64,000 bases of DNA from an uncultured virus (IMG/VR IMGVR_UViG_3300030707_000003) (IMGVR_UViG_3300030707_000003); one strand, 5' to 3'; positions 19,410-29,038 are shown, counted from the stretch's first letter. Made by a program: numbers and translations. Notes: generated from the sequence alone by a model not told the origin.

Positions 19410-19707
19410 CGTCGATCCCCTCAGGCTCGGTAGCCGCCCCGCAGCGGGGACAGGCCGTGCTCCACGGCTGCCACAGCCTCGCCGGCTGGCAGGTCGTGCA
19501 CCAGCGGCCGTTCTTCTTCGCGCCCGTAACGTAGACCCCGCCGTCCGCGCTCACCAGCCCGGCCGTCCCGTTGCCCGGGATGGCGTCGATGGCCTTCGCG
19601 TGGTCGTCGGAGACCGTGATCCAGCCGCCCTCGCGGGCGGCCCGGTAGTGGGTGCCGTCCTCGAGGCGCAGACCCTGGCAGCCCGGCGGCAGGTTCACGA
19701 CGCGCAC
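19399..19707 (-). CDS. hypothetical zinc-ribbon protein
   Basis: GGAGG RBS; VNLPPGC...CTTC...CPRCG. Confidence 0.65.
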   Translation of the reverse strand: MRVVNLPPGCQGLRLEDGTHYRAAREGGWITVSDDHAKAIDAIPGNGTAGLVSADGGVYVTGAKKNGRWCTTCQPARLWQPWSTACPRCGAATEPEGIDGDS

Positions 19708-21149
19708 GGTGACCCACCTCCCGGCGGGAACGCCCGCAGCCACCCGTGCTGATGCCACAGCCGGGACCCCTCCGGGTAGTGCGGATGCCGCACCGTCTCC
19801 ACTGAGTACCCGGCGGCTTCCAGGATCGCGGCGCATTCCTGCCGCAGCCCGGCGCTGTGGAACTCGGTCAGCCACGACGCCCGGCCGGCCGCCAGGACAC
19901 CCGCGGCGCCGCGCAGCACAGCCGCCTCATGGCCCTCGGTGTCCACCTTCACCAGGTCCGGCAGGCCCTCGGCCGCCGCGATCTCGTCCAGCGTCAGGCA
20001 CGGCACGGCGACCTGCTCCGCGCCGGCGATGTCATCGCGCTCCCACACCTCGTGCCCGGGAGAGGTCAGCTGCGCGCCGGACAGGAACAGCGTCACCTTC
20101 CCCGCGTGGTCGGAGATGGCGACCTGCCGCACGTCCGCCCCTGGCACCGCGGCAGCCGCCGCGTAGCTCTCGGGCCACGGCTCGAACGACACGACGCGCG
20201 AGTACCGGGACGCCATGAACGGGATCGACTCGCCGCGGTGCGCGCCCACGTCGAACGCCAGTGCGCCGGACAGGCCGTCCCACAGCGCCGCGCCGCCCGG
20301 GTCGGTCACCGGGGGCGCCGGCGCTGCGGTCACCGGCGCGACCGGGGGCACGGACTCATCCGTGACGAGGCGGTAGGCCACCTTCCCGCGCCGGGCGCGG
20401 AACGTGGCGGTCTGCGTCTGCGCGAACCACGCCGGGTCGGAGCTTCCGGCCCAGCCCTCGTGCTGGCCGGTGTTCTGGGACCGCGACGCGTCCGGGACCA
20501 GGCACCTCATACCGTACTCCGGCAGGATCCGCAGCTGGACGTTCCAGTCGTACCCGGAGTCCATCGGGCCGCCGGAGTCGCACTCCCAGTCCCAGTGCGG
20601 CTCCAGGAAATGCTCCCACCGCTCGCGCCACGTCCCCCAGATCCACGGGTTGAAGTACGGCACCAGCCGGATGTTGCGCGGGTCGGCGGCGGGGTCCTGC
20701 GGCGGCGGCGGGTTGTCCCAGGCCTGCCCGTGCCGGTTGTGCGCCAGCGCGGCCAGCACGTCCGGCATCCCCGCGAACTGGTCCCGTGCCCACGCCATGT
20801 ACGCGAGCACGTCGTCGGAGACGGCGACGTCCTCCTCGCCGGACACCACGAACCCGATGCCCGGGTCGTCCCTGAAGATCGCTGAGATGGCCTCGCCGAT
20901 GGCGCGGTGCGGGCCGTTCGACAGCACCGCCCGGTGGGCCTGCGGCAGCACTTCCAGCGGGACGGGGAAGTGCGGGCGCATCCTGGTGATCACGTCCGAC
21001 ATCGCGGCGGTCCGGTCGGTCCGGCCCAGGGCGATCACGAACCGGGCCGGGGGGCAGATGGCGCAGGCTTTCGCCCAGGACTCCAGGACCGGCTCAAGGT
21101 AGAAGGGTCGTCTCCACGCCGTGAGCATAATCGCCGTCTTGTTCAACAA
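19695..21149 (-). CDS. GT-A glycosyltransferase fused to a FkbM-family methyltransferase
   Basis: GEEDV and PWIWGTW..RW motifs; FDVGAHRGES, LVKVDTEGHE..VLRGA. Confidence 0.85.
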   Translation of the reverse strand: MLNKTAIMLTAWRRPFYLEPVLESWAKACAICPPARFVIALGRTDRTAAMSDVITRMRPHFPVPLEVLPQAHRAVLSNGPHRAIGEAISAIFRDDPGIGFVVSGEEDVAVSDDVLAYMAWARDQFAGMPDVLAALAHNRHGQAWDNPPPPQDPAADPRNIRLVPYFNPWIWGTWRERWEHFLEPHWDWECDSGGPMDSGYDWNVQLRILPEYGMRCLVPDASRSQNTGQHEGWAGSSDPAWFAQTQTATFRARRGKVAYRLVTDESVPPVAPVTAAPAPPVTDPGGAALWDGLSGALAFDVGAHRGESIPFMASRYSRVVSFEPWPESYAAAAAVPGADVRQVAISDHAGKVTLFLSGAQLTSPGHEVWERDDIAGAEQVAVPCLTLDEIAAAEGLPDLVKVDTEGHEAAVLRGAAGVLAAGRASWLTEFHSAGLRQECAAILEAAGYSVETVRHPHYPEGSRLWHQHGWLRAFPPGGGSPCAS

Positions 21150-21156
21150 GCGCCTC

Positions 21157-21390
21157 CTACTGGCCGTTTCCGAACCCGAAGGCGCTGGCGGGTGCCGCAG
21201 CATGGGGTGCCCACCTGCGCTCGGTCCCCGCTGCCGTGTTGTTGATCTCCGTCTTGGCGGCCTGCTGCTGCGGGTCGCGGCAGGCGATGCGGACCACCGT
21301 GCCGAGCGCGGACCAGAACGTCATCCACTCGTCCTCGTCCAGTTTCGCGGCCACGTCAGCTAGCTCGGGCCAGGCCGGAAGCGCGGTCAT
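21157..21390 (-). CDS. hypothetical protein
   Basis: Start lies within the 42-bp repeat. Confidence 0.5.
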   Translation of the reverse strand: MTALPAWPELADVAAKLDEDEWMTFWSALGTVVRIACRDPQQQAAKTEINNTAAGTERRWAPHAAAPASAFGFGNGQ

Positions 21391-21420
21391 GCGCTCAAGT
21401 ATGCCCGCGCGGCCTGCGCC
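21379..21420. repeat. 42-bp direct repeat, copy 1
   Basis: AAGCGCGGTCATGCGCTCAAGTATGCCCGCGCGGCCTGCGCC, identical to 21772-21813. Confidence 0.95.
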
Positions 21421-21454
21421 GGGCATAACATGTGTTGCCAGCGCGTTCCAGCTA

Positions 21455-21474
21455 ACGTACAATTTCCTGTACGT
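21455..21474. promoter_or_regulatory. YefM operator-like palindrome
   Basis: ACGTACA-ATTTCC-TGTACGT upstream of yefM. Confidence 0.65.
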
Positions 21475-21485
21475 CAAGAGCAGGC

Positions 21486-21746
21486 GTGTGGTTGAAGACC
21501 ATAACCTACAGCGAGTCTCGGGCGCGATACGCCGAGACGCTGAACTCAGTCGTCGAGGACCGCGAGGAGGTCATCGTGACCCGCGCCGGGCATGACCCGG
21601 TCGTGATCGTCGCGCTGGACGACTATCAGTCTCTGCGGGAGACCGCCTACCTGCTCAGGAGCCCGCCCAACGCCCGCAGGCTGCTGGCGTCGATCGACCG
21701 GCTGGAGAACGGGGGCGGGGCGGAGCACGAGCTGGCCGACCCGTGA
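21486..21746 (+). CDS. yefM: Phd/YefM antitoxin
   Basis: TYSESRARYAETLNSV.EDREEVIVTR...SLRETAYLLRSP.NARRLLASI. Confidence 0.9.
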   Translation: MWLKTITYSESRARYAETLNSVVEDREEVIVTRAGHDPVVIVALDDYQSLRETAYLLRSPPNARRLLASIDRLENGGGAEHELADP

Positions 21747-21772
21747 AGCTCGTCTGGGACGAATCTGCCTAA
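21743..21772 (+). pseudogene. yoeB: truncated YoeB/Txe toxin (9 codons)
   Basis: GTGA overlap with yefM; MKLVWDESA then TAA at the edge of the repeat. Confidence 0.75.
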
Positions 21773-21813
21773 AGCGCGGTCATGCGCTCAAGTATGCCCG
21801 CGCGGCCTGCGCC
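21772..21813. repeat. 42-bp direct repeat, copy 2
   Basis: Identical to 21379-21420. Confidence 0.95.
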
Positions 21814-22564
21814 ACTCTTCCGGGCACCGCCGCTCGCGGATCATCTTCGGCCACGTCTGATCCACCTCAACCGGAACCACCGGGAGATGGCCCTCGCCAT
21901 TGCATCCCGTGCGCCAGCGCTCCCCGCTCGCGATCAGGTCACCTTCGGTTGTATCAAGCAGTTCAACATGACATGTGGCGGTTACCAGTTTCTCCCGCTG
22001 CCATTCGGGTCCGCCGGTCCAGCTAAAATGCCATCCGCCATCAGCGAGTACCGGATAGGAGTTCCTGCTGTCGCGCACGGCCGCCAGCGAGCCGCCGTGT
22101 CCGCGCAGGCAGGAGACCGTCGCGGCCACGCAAGTGGGCGGGATCAGGGACTGCGGGACTTCCCAGTCAACCGCGAACAAGGTCGTTCTCATTCTTGCCG
22201 AGATAGCGCCCGGGCCATTCCAGGAAAGCAATTCCGGCGACGGGATCTCATCGACATCACCGATGATCACAATATCGGTATCGTCAGCCCGCGCATCAAT
22301 GACCGGCCACGCCTGGTCACGCTGGTAATGCTCGCGGCCCCACGGCGGCAGGTCCGGCAGGTCCGCGACCACATGGATGATCCGGTCAGCCCACGGCGCG
22401 AATCGGTCGGCGTTCTCCTGGTAGCACAGCGGCTTGGGCACCCCGCGATGGGTCTGCGTCGCTTCAGCGATCACGTGGTGAGCCGGCCAGCCCTGCGTCT
22501 CCTCCAGCCGCATCTGAAGCATCGGAAGCTCGTCCCGGAACATCACCGGCAGCCAGATCGTCAC
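21788..22564 (-). CDS. glycosyltransferase, GT17-like
   Basis: IAEATQTHRG.PKP, REHYQRD, GDVDEIP, GGWHFSW. Confidence 0.85.
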   Translation of the reverse strand: MTIWLPVMFRDELPMLQMRLEETQGWPAHHVIAEATQTHRGVPKPLCYQENADRFAPWADRIIHVVADLPDLPPWGREHYQRDQAWPVIDARADDTDIVIIGDVDEIPSPELLSWNGPGAISARMRTTLFAVDWEVPQSLIPPTCVAATVSCLRGHGGSLAAVRDSRNSYPVLADGGWHFSWTGGPEWQREKLVTATCHVELLDTTEGDLIASGERWRTGCNGEGHLPVVPVEVDQTWPKMIRERRCPEEWRRPRGHT

Positions 22565-22670
22565 CGGCCGTCATCCCGTGGCAGCCGGGACTGGTCCGGG
22601 CCGCCCGGGCGGCCCGCGAGCAGGAACACCAGCCGCAGGTACAGCCAGTCTAGCAGGCGGTCCCGGATCG

Positions 22671-23657
22671 TCACCCGAACAGGCTAGCCCAGTCCAGCAT
22701 CGCCGACCCGAGACGCCGCCAGTACCCGGGCGGGGCCGGGACCGCGCACGCGCCCACGACGCCGGCGAGTTCCCGGTAGCACTCCGCCACGGACTCGCCT
22801 TCCAGGCGGGCGGAGGCGATCAGGGGCCACAGCCTCTCGTGCGCGGCCATGCCCGGCGCCTCAAGTTCCGCGTTGCGCCGGGGGTCCGACGCCCGGGAGT
22901 GCCGCACCGACGGGGAGCCCGAGGTGACCGCGTAGCCGAGATGGTCGCAGATCCGCTTGGCGAGCAGGCCGGCCCAGATGTCGTCGAACCGGTCGAAGCC
23001 GAACCGGTCCCCGGCGTCGTCCTGGCCCATGAGCAGCATGTACATCGCCGGGGTCATCTCGCGGCGGAACGCCAGGTTCATCACGCACATCGGGAACATG
23101 GCCCCGGTGGGGACCGGTCCGCGTTCCCGCGCCGGCGGCAGCCGGAAGTCGGGGTTGGCCAGCTGGGTGACGCCGTCCAGGTCCGGGACCTGTGACCACA
23201 GCCCGTGGTGAATCATGACCGGGCGCTTCGCCTCGCGGACGCCGTAGGGGAAGCCGCGCGGGTGCAGCCCGCCGATCGTGCTCCACCACGCGTCCGAGGG
23301 CGCGGCCCAGGCTAGGTTGCCCTCGATCCGGGCAAGGTAGGTGCCGCGCCGGGCGTCCTCGGGGTAGCAGTCGTCGTCCAGGGTCCAGATGACGTCCGCG
23401 CCGCCGTGGTACGCCAGCCAGAAGCCGTAGGAGCGGACGGCTGAGGTGCGGCGCGGGATGATCCGTGCCAGGTCCCCGAGATCCCGCTCTATGTCATCCC
23501 AGGCGTAGTGCTCGCAGCCGGCCGGGAGGCTGAACGTGCGCTCCGGGTTGTCCTCCACGACGATGACCCTTGCGCCGTCCAGGTCGTCTTTCCACTCGTG
23601 CAGGAACCTGCGGGCGCAGTCCTCCCGGATCGTCGGGACAACGACGGCGGTGCTCAC
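22671..23657 (-). CDS. RGP / UDP-arabinopyranose mutase-like protein (GT75)
   Basis: VVPTIR, DDDCYP, GLWSQVPDLD, FPMCVMNLAFRRE, FDDIWAG..KRICDHLG. Confidence 0.85.
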   Translation of the reverse strand: MSTAVVVPTIREDCARRFLHEWKDDLDGARVIVVEDNPERTFSLPAGCEHYAWDDIERDLGDLARIIPRRTSAVRSYGFWLAYHGGADVIWTLDDDCYPEDARRGTYLARIEGNLAWAAPSDAWWSTIGGLHPRGFPYGVREAKRPVMIHHGLWSQVPDLDGVTQLANPDFRLPPARERGPVPTGAMFPMCVMNLAFRREMTPAMYMLLMGQDDAGDRFGFDRFDDIWAGLLAKRICDHLGYAVTSGSPSVRHSRASDPRRNAELEAPGMAAHERLWPLIASARLEGESVAECYRELAGVVGACAVPAPPGYWRRLGSAMLDWASLFG

Positions 23658-24331
23658 AGGTGCTTCCCGCTGGCCTCGAGCCGCAGCCACCGGCTGGACC
23701 GGTACGCCGGCAGCCCGTCCCCCAGCCCCGGCAGCAGCGCCGGCCGCAGCCCCGTCAGCCGCAGCACGTACGGCTGGGACACCTGGTCCTGCGTCGACCA
23801 CAGGTCCGTCTCGGCCTGCCACCGCCGGCCCATGTCCCGGACCTGCGCGGTGTGGACCCGGGCGATCGCCGACGTGGACCACAGCCCCCAGCGCTCCGGG
23901 TGGCCCCTGGTCCGGTACCAGGCGGCCTGCTCGGCGATCGGCTCGCCGGCGTACTTCGGGATGCCCGGCGACACCGCCGCCTCATCGAACAGGCACGTCC
24001 GGTCGCTGTGCGGGAACTGCGCCAGCGGCCTCGCGCAAGCCATCACATCCGTGGCGAACGACGGGGACAGGACACGGTAGGACCCGTCGATCCAGATGCT
24101 CGCCGGGGCGTCCGTATACAGCCACGGGCGGAGCTTCGGCTTCTTCGCCGCCCGCATCGGGTCCATCCCCGGGTGCGGCTCGCGGATCACGTGCCAGCCC
24201 AGGTAGCCGTCCGGGACCTGCTCGTCGTCGGTGACCAGGATCCACTCGACATCGGCGCCGTCCTGCGGCAGCACCGGCTTGATCACGTCGTAGTTACCGT
24301 AGTTCGCGCTGATCACCGCGATGTCAGCCAT
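23654..24331 (-). CDS. DUF616-like glycosyltransferase
   Basis: SANYGNYD, K.PKLRP, SIWIDGS, H..R.CLFDEA, QDQVS. Confidence 0.8.
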   Translation of the reverse strand: MADIAVISANYGNYDVIKPVLPQDGADVEWILVTDDEQVPDGYLGWHVIREPHPGMDPMRAAKKPKLRPWLYTDAPASIWIDGSYRVLSPSFATDVMACARPLAQFPHSDRTCLFDEAAVSPGIPKYAGEPIAEQAAWYRTRGHPERWGLWSTSAIARVHTAQVRDMGRRWQAETDLWSTQDQVSQPYVLRLTGLRPALLPGLGDGLPAYRSSRWLRLEASGKHL

Positions 24332-24860
24332 TGGGCCGCGCGATCTCGCCGAGGCCGTACTGGCCGCCGTGCTCGGCCCACGTCCGGCCGGTCTCCGCGC
24401 AGAACGCGTCCAGCGCCTCCCGCACCTGCCACGGCCCTCCCGGCGGGTCGCCGAGGATCGTGTCGTGCAGCAGCACCGTGCCGCCCGCCGCGACCAGCGG
24501 CACGAACCTCCTGAGCTCGGCCAGGGTGTGGTCGTAGGCGTGGGACGTGTCGATGAACAGCACGCCGAACATCCGGTCCGGCAGCGGGATGGCCATGTCG
24601 TCGCCCTGGGTGAACGTCCACAGGCCGCAGGAGTACCAGTCATCCGGCACGTCCGGCTGGTTCACGTCAGCCGACCAGACGTGGCCGCCGGATACCTGCG
24701 CCCCGGCCAGCCACGCCGACGTGGAGTTCCCGCCCCGCACGCCGAGCTCCAGCACCGCAGCGCCGGGCCTTGAAGCGGCCTCGTCATGGAACCGCGGCAT
24801 GCAGTACTGCACGTCCGACCACGCGGCGAGCCGCGCCAGGTAGTCATCGCGGAGCGTCAT
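24324..24860 (-). CDS. class I SAM methyltransferase (Methyltransf_24-like)
   Basis: LELGVRGGNST, LFIDTSHAY, LLHD. Confidence 0.85.
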   Translation of the reverse strand: MTLRDDYLARLAAWSDVQYCMPRFHDEAASRPGAAVLELGVRGGNSTSAWLAGAQVSGGHVWSADVNQPDVPDDWYSCGLWTFTQGDDMAIPLPDRMFGVLFIDTSHAYDHTLAELRRFVPLVAAGGTVLLHDTILGDPPGGPWQVREALDAFCAETGRTWAEHGGQYGLGEIARPNG

Positions 24861-25542
24861 GCACTTTCCTGACGGTCTCGCTGTCGATGGCCCGCTGATG
24901 CTCCCGCCAGGCGAAGAACGCCCTCTGGTCGGCGTCCCACGAAGCGTAGGCGTCGGCGTACGTCGCGTCGTTGTCCCGGCCCGTCACCGAGGGGTGCAGG
25001 TGCTCGATGACCACGTCCGGCAGCAGGTACAGGCACCCGGCGTCCTTCCCCAGGTCCTCCCAGACGTTATCGGCATAAAAATGGCTTATGCCCGGAAGGC
25101 ACATCCACCCGAGCGCCGTGACGATCTCGCTGGAGATCACCGGGGCGGTCACCATGATCTGCCCATGCTGATTGCGGGGGTTCAGGTCGTCGCCGTAGGC
25201 GATACCGGGTCCGTTCTCGTCCAGCGCTCCCAGAAGTTTCGCGTCCCAGCCCGGCGTGCGCGGCTGGTGATCGTCGCCGAGGGAGGCCAGCGCCCGGTAC
25301 TCCCCGGCGAACATCATCGCCAGCCTGCTGGTCCACTCCGGCATGCCGAGTCGCGCGCCGGTCAGCCAGAACACGCGCTCGCGGCCCTCCAGCGCCCGGT
25401 AGCCCTCCAGCGACGGGTCGTCCTCGTCCAGGCCCACCACGACATCCGTCTGTGCCTCGGCCAGGCCCAGGGCCGCGTCCAGCATCGCCGCGAGCCGGTG
25501 CGGCCTGCCCCGCGACGGGACGATCACCAGCAGGTCACGCAT
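24844..25542 (-). CDS. GT2-like glycosyltransferase
   Basis: VIVPSRGRP, LGDDH, HFYADN, IEHLH. Confidence 0.85.
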   Translation of the reverse strand: MRDLLVIVPSRGRPHRLAAMLDAALGLAEAQTDVVVGLDEDDPSLEGYRALEGRERVFWLTGARLGMPEWTSRLAMMFAGEYRALASLGDDHQPRTPGWDAKLLGALDENGPGIAYGDDLNPRNQHGQIMVTAPVISSEIVTALGWMCLPGISHFYADNVWEDLGKDAGCLYLLPDVVIEHLHPSVTGRDNDATYADAYASWDADQRAFFAWREHQRAIDSETVRKVHDAPR

Positions 25543-26512
25543 GCAGTTCCGCCTTTACCTGATCGAAGGTCCAGGCGTAGGTCCGCTCCATGCCCTCGCG
25601 GAAGCTCACCTGCGGCTTCCATCCGACTTCGGCCGCGATGCGGCTGTCATCGGACGGCCTGCCGCCCACGCCCACCGGGCCGTCCGTGTACTTCCGCCCC
25701 ACCCGGTAGCCCGCGATGTCCTCGATCACCGACACCAGCTCGTCGATCGACGAGGTCTTCGGGCAGCCGACGTTCAGCGGCTGGCCGTAGTCCCCCGCCG
25801 TGATCGCCAGCGTCGCCGCGACCGCGTCATCGACGTAGGTGAAGGTCCGGCGGGCGGTGCCGTCGCCCCACACCTCGATCTCGGCCGCGCCCGTGAGCTT
25901 CGCGACGGCGACCTTGCGGCACAGCGCGGTCGGCGCCTTCTCCCGGCCTCCCCTGTACCAGCCCGCCGGGCCGTAGACCGAGAAGTAGCGCCCGATGCGG
26001 ACTTCCAGGCCGAAGTCCTCCGCGAACGCCAGGAACAGCTTCTCGGCGAACAGCTTCTCCCACCCGTAGCCCTGCTCCGGGTCGATGGCGTTGGCCGCCA
26101 GGTCGTCCTCCCGCAGCGGCGGGGTGTCCGGGCTCACCTGGATGTGCAGCGGATACGCGCAGGAACTGCTCGCGAAGTAGATCCTCGCCCCGGCGACGTA
26201 CGCGGCCCTGGCCATCGTCGCGTCGGCCAGGATGTTCAGCATGCAGTCGGCGTGGTGATAGGAGATGTAGCCCATGCCGCCGGAATCGGCCGCGAGATGG
26301 TAGATCACATCGCAGCCGTCGGCGGCGCGCTGCGCGCTCCCGCGCTGCGACAGGTCGCAGCGATCCCGGTTGTCCGCATCCGGGTGGACCTGCTTCCACT
26401 CGCCCAGCGGCCGGATGTCCGCCGCACGGACCTCATCACCGTGATCCAGCAGGGCCCTGATCAGGTGGCCGCCGATGAAACCGCCGCCTCCGGTGATCAG
26501 GGCGCGCATCAT
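25535..26512 (-). CDS. NAD-dependent sugar epimerase (GDP-mannose 3,5-epimerase-like)
   Basis: TGGGGFIG, HLAADSGGMGYI, YGWEK, GGREKAPTALCRK. Confidence 0.9.
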   Translation of the reverse strand: MMRALITGGGGFIGGHLIRALLDHGDEVRAADIRPLGEWKQVHPDADNRDRCDLSQRGSAQRAADGCDVIYHLAADSGGMGYISYHHADCMLNILADATMARAAYVAGARIYFASSSCAYPLHIQVSPDTPPLREDDLAANAIDPEQGYGWEKLFAEKLFLAFAEDFGLEVRIGRYFSVYGPAGWYRGGREKAPTALCRKVAVAKLTGAAEIEVWGDGTARRTFTYVDDAVAATLAITAGDYGQPLNVGCPKTSSIDELVSVIEDIAGYRVGRKYTDGPVGVGGRPSDDSRIAAEVGWKPQVSFREGMERTYAWTFDQVKAELHA

Positions 26513-27649
26513 GATCCTCCCGGTATCAGCTCTTTGAGCGCGACGGCCCAGTAATCCGCGTACACGCGGTCAGCATCGTAGCGCTGGGCGAAGGCGACGG
26601 CCTGCTCCCGCTTCCCGGCGGCCTTCTCGTATGCCTGCTCGTACGCCTGCGTGATGGATGAGATGAACGGAACGCGCCAGAAAGCGTCGTGGCCCCTGTT
26701 GAACGCCGGCTGGCCCTGCACCAGCCACCCGGCGCCGCACAGCTCCGTCATCGACGAGCAGTCCGTCACCGCCACCGGCGTGCCCACGGCGAGGGACTGC
26801 AGGATGGCCAGCCCGAACCCCTCCCCGTAGGAGCAGTTGGAGCACAGGTCCAGGAGGCCGTGCCAGTCCGCCATCTGGGACTCCGGGATCAGCCCGGCCG
26901 CGATCTGGTACTGGTCCCCGACCATCACCTGACGGCCGATGCCCAGCTCGCCGATCAGCTTCGCGAGGTTCACGCCCTGCCGGGTCTGCGCCCGGGAGTG
27001 GATCAGCATCAGCGCGTCGTCGTGGCGCTTAGCGAACTGCGCGAACGCGGCGAGCTGCTCCCCGAAGCCCTTGCGGAACGGGTCCTGGTTCGCGGCGTTG
27101 ATCCCGATCACGAACCGGCCGTCCATGCCCAGCGCCTGCCGGGCGGCCTTCCGGTCCGCCAGCGGCTTCCACACGGACAGATCGAGCGCGTGCGGGGCAT
27201 ACAGGGCGTCGTAGCCCGCGTCCCGCAGCATCGCCTCCCCAAACCGGGACATGGCTACCGGCCTGCCGGGGCCGGCGTCGAGGATCCGCCGGTCCATCGA
27301 CCCCAGCGGGGAGCAGTCCACCGGCATCCAGTGCGCCACGTTCATCCCGGCGAGCCGGGCCGGGTCCAGGATCCACGCGTCCATCAGCGTGATCAGCAGG
27401 TCGGCCCGGAAGTGCTGGTAGTGCAGCGGCAGGATGTCCTGGGAGTACGCGTCCTCGGACGAGCCGGGGTAGGTGACGACCCCGTCCGGCCCGGTGATCG
27501 GGATGCCCTGCAGCCCGTGGAACGCGGCGAAGGCCACCTCATGGCCGTTCTTGCGCAGCACGCGGGCGAGCAGGTCACCCTGCGTTCCGTAGCCAGCCCT
27601 CTAAAGAGGGGCACCAGGGCGCGTTCCCGTACACCAGTAGCCGACTCAT
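26509..27649 (-). CDS. GT4-like glycosyltransferase with a 10-nt gap (27604-27595) requiring net +1 recoding
   Basis: MSRLLVYGNAPWCPS [TTAGAGGGCT] GYGTQGDLLARVLRK; C-terminal GEGFGL...GTPV. Confidence 0.8.
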
Positions 27650-27749
27650 ATAAGCATCACCCCCCGGCGGGCGGCAGTTACCGCCCCAGGATGCCCGCAG
27701 TCCTGCGGGCTCACGGGCATGGACATCAGGGCCGGAGCGGGGCCGCCGG

Positions 27750-28055
27750 CTAGAACCCGGTCTGTCCCGTAGCGGTGCTGAGCAGCCACGCCACGGAGGC
27801 GGTCCCCGAGCCCGTGATCGCCGTCACCGAGCCGCCGAGCCCGCCCGGGTAGCCCTGCAGCACCATCGGGGGCACCAGGCCGGAGGGCAGCGGGAAGCCG
27901 TTCAGCGTGGTCAGCGACCCCGGCCCGGCGATCCCGATGTACACCGGCGACGCCGTGCCGGCGTTGGCGAGCTGGAGCTGGCAGTCACCGGGGGGCATCA
28001 CGCACACCGGCGACGCCGACCCGGACACCGCCTGCCGCTGCCCCCCGGTGATCAC
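27750..28055 (-). CDS. small virion / head decoration-like protein
   Basis: GTGA overlap; beta-rich; NAGTASPVYIG. Confidence 0.55.
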   Translation of the reverse strand: MITGGQRQAVSGSASPVCVMPPGDCQLQLANAGTASPVYIGIAGPGSLTTLNGFPLPSGLVPPMVLQGYPGGLGGSVTAITGSGTASVAWLLSTATGQTGF

Positions 28056-28489
28056 CTGATGACCATGTAGGAGATCAGGTACGACGCCCCGGACGCGGGC
28101 GCGCCGCCCTGGACCACGAACCCCTTGCCCGTGACCGAGACCGCGCCGCATCCGAACGCCACCGTCCCGGCGGTGTACCCGGCATCCACGACCACCGCCG
28201 ACGGGGCGGCGGCCAGCGGCTGGCCGAACGTCACCGAGCACAGCGACCCGCCGGCGATCGACGCCGTCCCCGCGTTCAGGACGAACGACCCGGCCTGGTC
28301 ATACCCGATCTGCGCGGTGACCGACCCGACCGTCCCGGCGCCCGGCAGCAGCGCCACCGTGGGCACGTTCCCGGCCGCGGCGATCCCGTTGTAGGTCGTG
28401 ATCTGGCCGCCGAACGCCGTCGGCAGCGGCTCGGAATGCTGGCCGATCAGCGCCTGGCCCGGGATGTACGGCTTCGACGGGGGCGCCAT
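28052..28489 (-). CDS. small virion protein
   Basis: Gly/Ala/Thr-rich; in the post-capsid chain. Confidence 0.6.
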   Translation of the reverse strand: MAPPSKPYIPGQALIGQHSEPLPTAFGGQITTYNGIAAAGNVPTVALLPGAGTVGSVTAQIGYDQAGSFVLNAGTASIAGGSLCSVTFGQPLAAAPSAVVVDAGYTAGTVAFGCGAVSVTGKGFVVQGGAPASGASYLISYMVIR

Positions 28490-28490
28490 C

Positions 28491-28865
28491 TCAGATCACC
28501 GTGGCCGGGCTGAGCGTCGCCAGGCCCGCGACCGTCGAGGACACCGCGCCGGACCCGGCGGTCTGCGCCCAGATCTGCCCCGTCGTCGCCGTCCCGGCCG
28601 TCACGCTGTAGCCGTAGAAGATCAGCGAGCCGCCCGGCTGGATCTGCGCGCCGGTCGTGCCGTTCGCGGAAGCGGACCCCATCCCGGCGTAGACCGCCGA
28701 CGCCCCGGTGTTGATCACCACGACGTCCTTCAGGACGGTCCCCGCCGGGAAGGAGCCGAGCGGGCCGAACGCGGTGCCGCTGGTGTTCGCGGGATTGAAG
28801 ACGATGCTCGCGGTGCCGGTGACGGCACCATTCACTTGCTGGATGCTCGAGAAAAGCTGGGGCAC
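28491..28865 (-). CDS. head decoration-like protein
   Basis: GGAGCCGT-GTG start; first gene after the capsid. Confidence 0.6.
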   Translation of the reverse strand: MPQLFSSIQQVNGAVTGTASIVFNPANTSGTAFGPLGSFPAGTVLKDVVVINTGASAVYAGMGSASANGTTGAQIQPGGSLIFYGYSVTAGTATTGQIWAQTAGSGAVSSTVAGLATLSPATVI

Positions 28866-29038
28866 ACGGCTCCGATCTTGCTGTTCTGGCGGCACGGTGC
28901 CGCGCGCTGGATGGTGCGGGCGACGAGCGGAAGCCCTGCGAGCCTGAGCCGGGCCGGGAGCGCATTCGGGGGTGTCTCCCGGCCCGGCCCAGTCATGTCA
29001 CTCGCCGTCACTGTCTGTTGTGTGACGACTACGGGGAG

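Noticed and set aside
21379..21813. IS element or att site
   Set aside because: No transposase, integrase or terminal inverted repeats; 42 bp is too long for a typical target-site duplication
27595..27610. 10-nt gap read as a group I intron remnant (P1-like CCCTCT/AGAGGG)
   Set aside because: No catalytic core and no terminal G; the TTA-bypass reading fits better given the second site
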